A DNA stretch of 64,000 bases, taken from contig JALDTO010000013.1 of the NCBI GenBank assembly GCA_023515725.1, forward strand, positions 1 to 64,000, written 5' to 3'. The stretch comes from Amoeboaphelidium protococcarum X5. Lineage: Eukaryota; Fungi; Aphelidiomycota. Below, piece after piece: positions 26,115-37,798 of this stretch (position 1 is its first letter; every line of letters begins with the position of its first letter). The translations under genes and the position numbers were made by a program. The notes beneath the pieces were generated by a model that was not told the origin of the DNA, did no database searches, and saw only the letters and a program-made list of their open reading frames with translations.

Positions 26115-27455
26115 ATGGATAATAATAACGATTAATAAAGTCAAGATTTCTCGGATGGAAAAGAGTATCAGGAGGAGGTTGAGATTATTTAGGCAGATGA
26201 AATTGCAGATGTGTACGATGGTAATGTGGGTGCTAATGCGTCTTAATCTGCCGGTGTCCACAATGATTACGATGATGGTATGAACGTGGAAGAGATTGAG
26301 TATCTAGATGACGAAGAGTAATATGACGAAGATTTAGAAGATGACATGGTGGACTTGGATCAGCCTTAGATTAGAATATCAACAGAGTAGTCAATATTTG
26401 CCATCGCGTTAAATCGATAGTACCCGCTGCTCACTATCGGCGGTTCTAATGATCAAGTGTCCTTGTTCCAATATGATCTAAATGCAGCTCCGAGTGCTGT
26501 ACTCGTTAAAGAATTCGATAAACATTCTGATTCTATAGTATCCATCAAGTGGTCGCATGATAATTAATATTGCGCGTGTGCTGGCATGGATGGCAAGGTG
26601 CTGGTGCTTAAGATCGATTACAATTCTTAAACTTGCAATGTACTGGAAGAGTTCTGGCTTAGTGGACCAGAGGAAATTACATATCTTACGTGGCACTAGA
26701 AAGGCCTGGTTCTGTGTGCTGGTACTCAGGAAGGATCAGTGTGGGTCTGGCACGTACCAACGCAAAAGGTTATGCGCGTCATGACTGGTAGTATTAACGG
26801 TGAGCACTGTGTTGATGGTCATTTTGTACAAGATGGCAAATATCTACTTAATCTTTCTGTTGATCCTTGTCTATCACTGATGGATATCAAGAACGACGCT
26901 ATGGTGTGGCGCGCACAAGTAAATTCTCATTTCAGACCAAGCGAAGATGGCCTTCCTATACCAGCCATATCGCTAGCTGTGTAATAGTCGGCGAATCTCG
27001 TGGCAGTCGGTACTGAAGAGGGAAAAGTATACCTCCTGAATGGTTAAACTGGAAAAGTTATTAATCAGTTGGCAGGTCACTCTGCCGAGGTTGAGTAGAT
27101 CAAGTTTTGGTCTAATCACGCCTCTAATGTTTCCGGTGGCCTAAATCTGCTGGTGACTGCCTCTATGGACTTTCAAATCATAGTATGGAATCTGGATACT
27201 CTCTCGGTGAGAACGCGTATCGATGTTGGAGAGTCTGTCAATTCAGTGTACATTGTCAGTGATATCTACATTGTATGTACTGATGTTGCAGGTTCTGTAT
27301 ACGTGTACAATCTCATGAACGGTCAACAGGTGGGAAAGTATAAACTGCACAGAGATCCAATTTTATGCAGTGATAATGTTCACGATATCCTCGCTTCGGC
27401 TGATGATCACGGTGACATTTGTCTACTGAGAATATCTTCTTAAAGTTAGTAATGA
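26115..27455 (+). CDS. SQT1: WD40 ribosome assembly chaperone Sqt1/AAMP-like
   Basis: Acidic N-terminus, HSDSIVSIKWSHDNQYCACAGMDGKV, WHQKGLVLCAGTQEGSVWVW, TASMD. Confidence 0.8.
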
Positions 27456-27723
27456 AATTTATAAACTAATTTTAAAATTTTTATCGAATGACTTTTTTTG
27501 ATTTGATTTGTTGTCTAAAATGTCTTTTAAATTGGTTTCTACTTCTACTGGACTGTAATAGCATTAAAAAACCGACCTGTCAGCAAGATTCAATTTTTTG
27601 AGGAACTCCTAGGCAAACGACGACGATGATCAAATGAACGCTCGCGTTTCGAGTCGCTTCTTCCTTCTTTTATTCAAAGTGAGCGCGTTTGAGAGAGAGA
27701 TAGTGAAACTTTTGAACAAAGTC

Positions 27724-30700
27724 ATGTCTCAGATTCATTAGTACTAAGCATAGAACGGAGATAATACTAGTAGCCCCAACTTGCCACAATAAAATCTTGT
27801 ATAGTAAAATCGAGTAGCATATAGAATATAGTCTTTAGTTGAAAAGTATGGACGGTAGATTGCGATTGAGTAATTGATAAATTCTTTACATGGAGATGAC
27901 AGTATGTTATCTATGGAGTAGTAACAAGATGGTGATAGTAAAGACAACTTTAATAATCTACTTGAAAGCACTATTGTTGAATAGTTGAAGCTGTTGGCTG
28001 AGGAGCAGTTGAGCTCTACTGACTTTAGTTCCGGTGTATAGGAGAGCATTTACAGCGGTAGTCTTGCCGGAGATTTGAGTGTTGTTATAGATGAGGATGA
28101 TCAGTTGGCATATTTTGATTAGAGATAGACTCTGACCTTTGTATTGGAAACCCTGATTAAATTAAATTGTAGATAGTAATTTATAGCCGGTGAATTTTAT
28201 TCCATTGCTTAAGCACATAAAGCAGAAGAAATTTACTTGGACATTGTATCGGATATGGTGATTGACTGGCGATTTGATTTGAGTCAAGATTTGGAACTTT
28301 AACTAATTGAGCCATTGTTGATGACTCTTCTAATTGATCATCATGTAAATGCATTTAAAATCTACTAGAGTCCAATGACTGCAGAAAGATTAGAGAAACT
28401 TTTGCTTGCTGTAGATTGTCGCATGATTGATTTAAATTTGGCTGTGTCTGCCTGTAAAGTTGTGGGATGTGGTGAGGCACTGATTTATCTTGAAACTCTT
28501 GGCCTTATGGATAGTATACAGCCACTTCTAAGATGGCTCAAGTAGATTCAAAGTGCAATGAAATCTCATCATCCTGCGGACCAACGTGAACGGCATTAAT
28601 CTTCATTGTATAAAGTGTATGTATATATCACTAACATTCTCAATGGCCCGCTGTATCCCCAGGGAATATTATATCGTTCTGTACCTCAATTTGATATACT
28701 CCGATGCTAATTGTCAAATTTCTTATTCTCACGAACTTATGTTGGATGGCCCAATTCACAGACTAAAATCATCCTCTCTGACAAGGTGAAGTTATATCCT
28801 TATCTGGTACCTCTTGTATGTTACGATCCTTAAGAATTCTTTAAAATGATGACAACTCTGTTTTCTGGTGATTGCTTTGATCAAGAATCTACACCTCTCA
28901 GTGGTGGCGGTAATAATTCTGGGCTCACTTTGTATATAGATCGACAGTTTGTTATGATGGGAGTAATGTCTGCATTTGAGAATAACTCTTTGTTATAAGG
29001 TGACGATGTTCTATTTCATTTTAATGGCTGGTTGTTGCGGATAGCTGATTTGTATAAATAGGATGTTTCGATCTCTGTTGAGGTATTATTGAGGACTTTG
29101 AATGATATGATTGAATTCATGTCAAGTGATACTATGAATACTGACAATTTAGCTGATTTGATTAATATTCCTCTGGTTGAGCAGTCTCTCTTGTCTGGAT
29201 TGAAAGTTCTATCATCAGATATTGATCGCGCAACTTGTGAGTTGATGTTAAAGTTGGCGAATTAGTATCATATGGATCGTCTCCTTGAACGCATTTATCT
29301 GCAATAGAACAATGCACTCAAGTTGATTGATATCTGGATTTCGAGGGAACAGACTGATCGCTCTGGTGATGTTTGGCGTACATTATCTGCTGTGCTTAAA
29401 AGTCCTATATTAAAATCAGACTAAAAGAAGTAGATGCTTTAATAATTAAAGTCACAGTATTTGGATATTCTTGCGGGAGTTAATTTGTCGAAGTTCTACT
29501 AGTTTACTAAGGACGAACTTGAATTGAGTAGCTAAGCGGTGCTCGAATGCCTTAAGACTCAGGAACTCAAGTTGAAATTTCTCAAGACTTTATACGATAC
29601 CGATTTTGATTCCTTTAAATCAATAATTTAAGATAATGATGATTATATGGAGCAATTTATCATATTCATATCTCAAGAAGATGTTGACTTTGCTGTTGAT
29701 TATCTGGGAGATTAAAGGATACAAGTCGATGGCATTATTATTGATATACTGATTCGGAACCGTCTTCCTATTAAGCTTTTGTGGATTGCCTGTATTCGCT
29801 GCAATAAATCAGAGTCGTTTATTTAGCATGTGGTTTAGCTATTCTCTAAGTTTGGATAGGAGCTTAATTGCGGCAACTCTGAAAATCAATAAGACGCAAT
29901 AGAATAAGCATTGTCTTAATGCTAGGATGTTACTTCTCAGTTTTTGGATATTTTAAGCTGTAATACTAATGCGCTGGCTTTTATCATTTAAGTGCAAGAT
30001 ACCGGATTGATTTCAAGCTTAATATAATTGCTAATTGTATCTGAACGAGGTAACTCTAATGAAGTTGGTTAATCAGCCGATATGAATTCTCACAATCAGT
30101 TCGATCAAGTAACTGCCGATGAGTCTGAGAGTATTTATAAGTAGGAATCTTTAAAGAATTAACTGAAGTCTATTATTCTCAAGATATCCGAAGCGGCAAG
30201 TTGTAGCGAAGTAGTTTTAAATTATATTCTATAGTCTGGCCTCAAATACTCTCAATCCAGAGATCTGATTTTGTCATTGCTGGATATGAGTGTAAAGTAG
30301 GATAGAATAGTGCGCGATTACTTGGCTATTCAATATTCAGACTCAAAATCTATCGTATCCCGGTATGCTCAATGTTAAGATTAGGGAAGTGTTGCATTAT
30401 AAGTTTATCGATGTCTGTTATGTGAAAATACCGCATCAACTGTTCCTCAGTATAATCTATCGATATCGGACAAGGATGTGGTGATTAATTAAAGTTTCAA
30501 GGTGAATTCGAATGAAGTTATCGTGCTCAAGTGCGGACATTTCGTCCATGGCGTCTGTCTCACTAGATATCAAGTGACCGCTTTACAATGCTATCACTGC
30601 CAAGGGTCGGCTTTGGATGACGTTAAACTTATGATGAGGCATGATAAAGGAAAGTAGAAGGTTGTTACTGTAGAAGACTCGGACATGGATTAAACCACTT

Positions 30701-30759
30701 AAAAGCTGCTTCAAGATTAATACTTGTATGCCGCCTATGCTAGCTCAAGAAGATACTGA
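27724..30759 (+). CDS. VPS8: CORVET subunit Vps8-like (alpha-solenoid plus C-terminal RING)
   Basis: LEKLLLAVDCRMIDLNLAVSACK...ALIYL, KVYVYISLTFNGPLYP, YPYLVPLVCYDPQEFF; RING CLLC...CGHFVHGVCL...CYHC; ~1011 aa in table 6 (frame spot-checked). Confidence 0.8.
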
Positions 30760-30839
30760 TAGTGTCTTGAATTAGAATCGCTGTATTCTCATGTAACAAA
30801 TAGAAGCTTTTATATACAATCAAATTATCATTAATCCAC

Positions 30840-31028
30840 TCAATTACCAATTTATTTAATCTAAGGCAAGTTATCTCCGTCAATCCAGTAGTAATTGCTC
30901 AGCATACGGAATGCGACATTAACACCGACAAAAGTCAAGAATCTAAAGAATGCAACATTACTCAGATAAACTTCTTCTGCCACAGATCGAGAAGATCCAT
31001 AAATTTTCCTCAAATTTGGGATCGCCAT
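30840..31028 (-). CDS. Candidate 62-aa single-pass membrane microprotein
   Basis: MAIPNLRKIYGSSRSVAEEVYLSNVAFFRFLTFVGVNVAFRMLSNYYW...; ATAATG start context; occupies the gap between VPS8 and the lactone oxidase. Confidence 0.5.
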
Positions 31029-31654
31029 TATAATATTGCAAGTGTGCGATAACTTTAAAGCTCAAATACCAAGTTATAATTCCAAACACGGAACTAGAAG
31101 CTTTATTCAGCGCAACATGGAAACTAAAGCGATCAGAAGCCGAAAAGTTGAAATCTGAAAAAATAGCGCCATCCCTCTCTTCCTCTTCTTTTCTCTTTAG
31201 AAATCAATCTTCGACTCAACTTTCCTGCGCTGATTATTTCCATTATCTTTAGAGGGGGTGGTACGTATTTTGCTTTAGATCGCGCACATGCTCATTCATA
31301 CTAATTGCGTGAACTATGTGTGTTTGTGTGTCTACTGTGAAATACTCACACGAATACCGTCTTTTGATAATGTAGAATACTAGTGATGCGCAGATATACC
31401 GTTGAAGTATACTGAAAATCAGCGACTCTATGCTTTAACTATGCGATTACTCAATATCGCAAAGGTCATTTATGAGTCTCACATCTTATACTTTACGTAT
31501 TCAAAATAATCTTAAATGATATTAACGCGTTCAATACCCTTCTATCCATGGTACTTCTTAGTCTCTTTTACACATTTCCACCGACGCGCTTTCTTGGTCC
31601 CAGTACATCCTTCAACTCATAATCAATCATCAACAACGTATTGAAGTAATCATA

Positions 31655-33178
31655 ATGAGAGTTTAAAATAACTATCATTTCTAGAATTGGTCCAAGACAT
31701 TTTCATGTTAAAGCAAAGCTCTGTATTAGCCACGAAGCGAAGATGAATTGAAAGACGTTCTGATGATTGCGTAGAGAGACAATGCTGTGGTTAAAGTTAT
31801 TGGATCTGGTCACTCTCCCTCAGACATCGCTTGTGTTGGTGACTTGCACGCTGGCTCGGATACATCTCCAACCTCATCTTAGTAGTCTAACGCATAGTCC
31901 AAGTACAGAAAATCTAGAGATATTTTAATTAATTTGGACTTGTATGATCGAGTGCTGGTATTGAATAAAGCGAATAGCACTATCACTGTTCAGGCAGGAA
32001 TCAGATTGAGGTAGTTGAATGAGTACCTCGACTCGAATGGTCTAGCACTGACTAATCTTGGATCTATCTCTGAGCAGTCTATCGCCGGTGCTATATCCAC
32101 CGGAACTCATGGCACCGGGATAGATTATGGAATTTTGGCATCGAGCGTCATTGAAATGACTCTGATCAAGGCAGATTGTTCAGTGATAACACTATCATTA
32201 TCGCAGAATCCATCCATCTTTAAAGCGGCTCTGTGTGGGCTTGGTTGTCTAGGTATAATAAGCACAGTGACATTGAAAGTCGTTCCAGCGTTTAATCTCG
32301 TAATCTCACATCACACAATGTCTTTTGATTGTATGATCGAATAGTGGTAGGTGTTGGTAAATAGTGCTGATCATGTAAGATTCTGGTGGTTTCCTTATAC
32401 TGATAGAGTTGTCTGTTGGCGGGCTATGCGTTCAAATGATATTGATTAAGCGTAGAGATAGTCGGCGTAGAAGCAGTTATAGAATCAATCGTCATGGATG
32501 AAGGATAAGTTTTATGGCAAGTTTGTGTTAGAATCTTTGCTATACTGTACGCGATTTGTACCGAGTTTATTACCAGTGTTGAATGAAGCATCTTTTAATT
32601 ATCAATTCAAGTAGAGATATGATAAAATGGAACCAGATTCGGATTTGAAGTTATCAATGATCAAGAGAAATCTGAGTATTCACAAGTCTTTTCAAGGCTT
32701 CAATTTTGATTGTCTATTCCCGCAGCATGTCACAGAGTGGTGCGTTGAGTGGAAATCAGCTGCGCCCAAGGCTCTTGTGGATTTAAAAGCGTCGATTGAC
32801 AGAGATCCACAGTGCAAATAGATTCAAGCGCACTTCCCAGTGGAGATTCGGTTTGTCAAAGGAGATGATATCCACCTAAGTCCGGCTTATGGTACTGAAG
32901 GTGTGTGTTATATAGGAATTATTGTGTTTAAACCTTTTGGTGTGGATTTTGTGGATCGTAAAGTATTCTGGCAGGAGTATGAGTCGATAATGCAGCGATA
33001 TAACGGGCGTCCGCATTGGGCTAAATAGCATCAACTCACACCGTCTGATTTAAATGTATTGTATCCAAAATTTGAAGAGTTCTGTGCTCTCAGGAAGCAG
33101 ATGGATCCAGATGGTCGTTTTGTAAATAATTATATCTAGAGACACCTGCTTGGCACAGACACCAAGTCGAAATTGTGA
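31655..33178 (+). CDS. ALO1: Aldonolactone oxidase (D-arabinono-1,4-lactone / L-gulonolactone oxidase family)
   Basis: FQNWSKTF, GSGHSPSDI (covalent FAD His), GAISTGTHG, EIRF, GRPHWAK; ends TKSKL. Confidence 0.92.
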
Positions 33179-33332
33179 GATATATGACTAAATAAATTAC
33201 ATCCCGGTCTCTTAATCAAACTCTTTATCATCCATCATACCATGTTCTGTAAATCATTTTACATATTCTTCTCAATTTTTAACCTTTAACCCTTTCACAA
33301 TCTCACCAATGTACGTACGTAGACGAATGACA

Positions 33333-35758
33333 TCAGAAAAAGATCAACTTGTTTCCACTCTCCATCCATACGTTCAAGTCTTCATACTTCTTGATAGTCT
33401 CCATCAGACGAGCCTCTTCAAAACCACCAGAGAATCTTAATCTATCACGAATGTCTTCAACATCCAACTGATCAATTCCACGCTCATCGCGCAGCTTGCG
33501 AATCTCTTGATAGATGGTGGTCAATGGATTCTGGTGCTAATTCTTCTTTAACAAGTGATTATTGTCCATTGATCTCTTGGCCTCATCCATAAGACGCAGC
33601 GCCTCGCGAACATCAGCCTCCGCAATCTCAGGAGAGAATCTTAAACGGGCAAGAGCCTGCGACATTCTCAAGATGGCCAACAGGGTACGCGGCTGAGTAT
33701 AAATAAAATTGCCGTTCATTCTCTACTGCGCCTGATGAGCCTCTGCACGTTTTTGCACGTATGCTCCAACAACAAACTCCATCAGATGAGGTGGCAATTT
33801 CGGTACGAATTGTCTAGCTTAAGCAACATACTGACGAATGACTTCAGCTGGGATAGGCTCAAATTCAATATCCGGTTAATGGCCATTTCTATGCACAAAC
33901 AGAATGTGCTCCGCCATCTTCATGTCATTGTCGACATCGCTCTTATCCGTGATCAGGAACAGTAAATCGAATCTAGACAGCAGAGCAGCAGGTAGGTTGA
34001 TGTTCTCACTTGCACTCTTATTGACGTTATAGCGGCCAAAAGCCGGATTAGCTGCAGCCAGTATAGAGCTACGAGCATTCAGAGTAGTCGTAATACCAGC
34101 TTTCGAGATACTAATGGTCTACTGTTCCATAACTTCATGAATTGCAGTACGGTCGGATTCATCCATCTTATCAAACTCATCGATACAGCATATTCCATTA
34201 TCAGCCAAAACCAGAGATCCACCTTCCAAGATCATCTCTCCAGTGATTGGCTCTTTGACTACCGCGGCAGTCAGACCAACACCACTACTACCTTTGCCTG
34301 TGGTGTAGACTCCTCTAGGAGCAACTCTGGCAACCCACTTCAAAAGCTGAGATTTAGCTACACCGGGATCGCCCATGAGACAAATGTTGATATCACCTCT
34401 AGTCTTCATACCATCCTTGGTCGTGTTGGTTGCTCCACCAACTAGAAGCAGGAGAAGAGCCTTCTTCACATCCTCATGTCCAAAGATTTCAGGTGCAATA
34501 GACTTGGCTAATCTTTGATATGCATTAGCATCATTAACAACTGCATTAACGTTATGAATGATCTCTGGGGTCAAGTTATACTGACTGTACTTCTTCTTAC
34601 TCAACTGGACATCCGATACTTCAAGGTAAGTATCTGTCAGTAAACCAACTTTCATGGCACGGAAGCCACGATGAATCTTGGGTAGAAATATTCCAGTTAT
34701 GGTAGCAATATCACCAGGTGCAAGTTTACGGGTCATGTCATTGTATAGATAGACAGACATTGACCGCGGAATGTGACCCATAGGAACTTGATCAGTCAAT
34801 TCTTGAATCTTGGCCTTTTGCATACGCATAAACTTGGAGGCTCTGGTCTGCATCGTCAACTCACCTTTCATATTGTTATTCTTACAGATACCACTTGGAC
34901 ATTCAACAATAGGATTGAAAGTATCTCCCTTGACCTCTTGAAATATTTCAGTGTTACAAGCACTGCAAGTATAGCACACAATCTGCGCACAAGGCTTAAC
35001 ATCGGATATTCTAGTAACCATTCCACGTAGAGATATCAATTGACCGACATGTTCACCTTTAGCTTCTCTCACAGCAAGAGGCTTCACAGCAGACAAAGGT
35101 TTGAAATAAACATTGATGCGGTACAGCAGTTTATCAGGAAATCCTTGATAAACTTCATCTTCATTCTCCTACTGATTTCTAGCGAGTTCAAGTCTCTGCT
35201 AGACTAGAACATCAGTAGGCTCGTCGCGGTCTGACAGAGGGCGATTATGAACAGGCAAGAAGGATTTGACAGCGTCATAGAATAGCTGTTGGTATCTCTT
35301 AGTGTGTGCAGCAATTCTAGCCACCAAAGCTTCTCCATCCTCATACTACACAGAAACTGATTGAAGTCAAATGGTTCTGTACTGAGACTGAATGGGTAAC
35401 CAGACTTACCTTTGAAACATCGTCCAAGTCCACAACAAAACTACCACTCAAAGTCTCTCTTAACAAAGCCTACAAACGTGAAATAAGAATATAGCTCTCA
35501 AACTATGGAAAATTCTTACAACTTGGTCCATGTATTTATTACATGGCTAGGCATTGTTCTCTACGTCGTCAAAGCCTTCATCAACAGGCACGTAGACAAA
35601 CTTTTCAATAAAGTCCTTGATTCTATCTACACATTCAGACGTTCATCCATTCAAACAATGATACACTCATTATGCAAAGACAGATAAAATCACTTACCCA
35701 GTTCTTGAGCATAATCAATATTAATATGTGCACGAGGCAATGTCACTGAAGTCTCCAT
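33333..35758 (-). CDS. MCM7: DNA replication licensing factor Mcm7 (introns 35627-35697, 35470-35519, 35346-35409)
   Basis: [73 protein letters not shown]. Confidence 0.96.
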
Positions 35759-35970
35759 CCTGAGACAAGAAGTAAAAAATATATATGCTGTAAACAAGTA
35801 ATAAAGCTCAGCTGTAAAGGGAAGAGGAATTAAAGTGAAATAAAGCTACGCTCTCTGAAACAACTACAAGATGAAACGAAAAGACGCGAGGCGCGTTTCA
35901 GCTGGGACCAAGTTTATTCTTTCAGCCGTTGAGGTTCTTTCACGATATTCATTAAGTCGCCTGCTCCGTT

Positions 35971-36781
35971 TCAGTCAAACTTGGGAGGATTGATACTCAA
36001 ATCGTTCATTGAATGACTCTAGTATTTCAGGAATGGAGTCTTGGGAGTGACATTGCTGAAATTGAATCCTTTTGATTTCCCGCCGGACTGCCATTAATTA
36101 TTGAAACTGTCGTAGGAGTTTCTTGCACGATCGCGTTCAAAGTGTTTGAGTTAGTCTTCCAACAGAGATTTCTACGCGCGTTCCTGTTTCAAAAGGTCTG
36201 ACAACTTCTGACATTAATCTTCGTACTGTTGGATTAATGCAGCATTTGCCTTGTGGATAGATTCAATTTACGCGTCAGATTCTTTCTACTTGGCGTTATA
36301 CTCTTTCAGCTGATGCTGAGAGAACATCATCTCTTGCTCCATTTAATACAGCCAAAACTGCATTCCATACTGCAAAGCTTTGTTCATTGCTTATGGGAAA
36401 TACCCACTCAGTATACTCTACATGAAGAAGACAATTGGTACTTTAATATCCACTGAAAATAAAATTTACCATGAGCAATTGTTCAGATGGCTCTGCCTCA
36501 ATGCACTTAATATCATCCCTACAAAACACGATATGTATGTTTGGATAATCACAGGGTGTATTTTTACGCTTTTAAGAGTGGTGTACGGCAAACTGGACAT
36601 TGCAACTTCTTTTCAAAACTATTCTAACTGCACGACAAGCAGAATATGTCTACACAATATCAAACAATCAGTACAGTTTACACTATAACGCGTAAATTTT
36701 CATACGTGAACAAGTTGTCACACATGCTTAATCTTGGTTAAGTACAGTTCTGCACGACACCAGATTGCATCTCAAATGCAT
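35971..36781 (-). CDS. HEI10: Meiotic RING E3 ligase HEI10/CCNB1IP1 (introns 36650-36705, 36519-36567, 36418-36469)
   Basis: Spliced product MHLRCNLVSCRTVL...ACVTTCSHIFCLSC...CPVCRTPL...EPSEQLLMSILSGYFP...MQFWLYQMEQE, followed by a coiled coil. Confidence 0.85.
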
Positions 36782-36891
36782 TTTGCAGACTCTTAATGTC
36801 AGATTTAACAACAATAAGACTGTTGACAGCTGAAACAAAAAGGAATGTGGCAAGTTGACGCACATTTGTAACAAATCTGAAACTATAAACA

Positions 36892-37662
36892 TCATTTTCT
36901 AGCAGAGCCGAGGCCCAGCCTGTCATTCTTTACATTTACAACAATGCCAGCTGAGGCAGTACCTTATTGAGTTTCAATGGCATCTGGATCAAAGCCCATC
37001 TCTCTCAGCAGTCTAAAGCCAACATTTTACTCATTCAAAGGTTCAGCATGAGCGTCGACAGCTGAGCCACTTTGAGCATTAAGGAGATAATTTTGTTTAA
37101 CTCTTACTATGTCTACATTGAACCCGGAGAGAAGGACGCGTCTGAAACTATCCTCATCTCCGGCACAAGTATGCGATGTCTTGTACACAACCAACGACTT
37201 TGACGTGTCACGTCCCCTTGTACTCACAGTTAGTTTATACTCTTATTCGCATAATTACCGAAATAAATCGCGAACTTTATGCGACTTCATAGGCGGCAAA
37301 GTCATCTACTCACCGGATGAAGGCGATTTAACGAAAGCTTATATGTCCAAGGCTATCTGTTCCAATAGAACAAGAATATTGTAGTTCCAGTTACCACGCG
37401 ACTTTTAAAGCTGTTATTGCAGGCATTTTCCCAGCAGCTCACGACTTCTCTAACGCTATTGGCCTTCATGTCTTACATTACGCTTCTATTTTTACCGCTG
37501 CTTTTTCATTGCTGATTGGGACATAGCGGCACTATTGTCAGAATCAATGGAATACTTTTATTCACTAGACTGCGTGTTGTCTTCATCAGAACTAGAATCA
37601 CTCTCTTATATAATTGTTTAATCAATCAGCTAGTCGAATCGATTGTGATCTGTTTCTTACAT
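36892..37662 (-). CDS. R3H-like plus G-patch domain protein (short Sqs1/Pfa1-like)
   Basis: MTLPPMKSHKVRDLFRQLCEQEYKLTVSTRG (R3H-like); AEPLNEQNVGFRLLREMGF...KNDRLGLG (G-patch). Confidence 0.75.
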
Positions 37663-37798
37663 GTTTATTTATACTCTTAGGATTGCGTGAAGGTGTAAGT
37701 TTTTATAAAATGAATTCAAGATTGAAAAGAACAACTACAGTATCATAGCAATTTGGTAATGTATTTACAACAGCAACTCAAAAATTTGTATTAGCAAA

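Noticed and set aside
36630-36700. SWIM-like CTDCLILCRHILL suggesting a Mutator remnant
   Set aside because: It arises from reading through HEI10 intron 1 in the wrong frame; the spliced HEI10 model explains the region.
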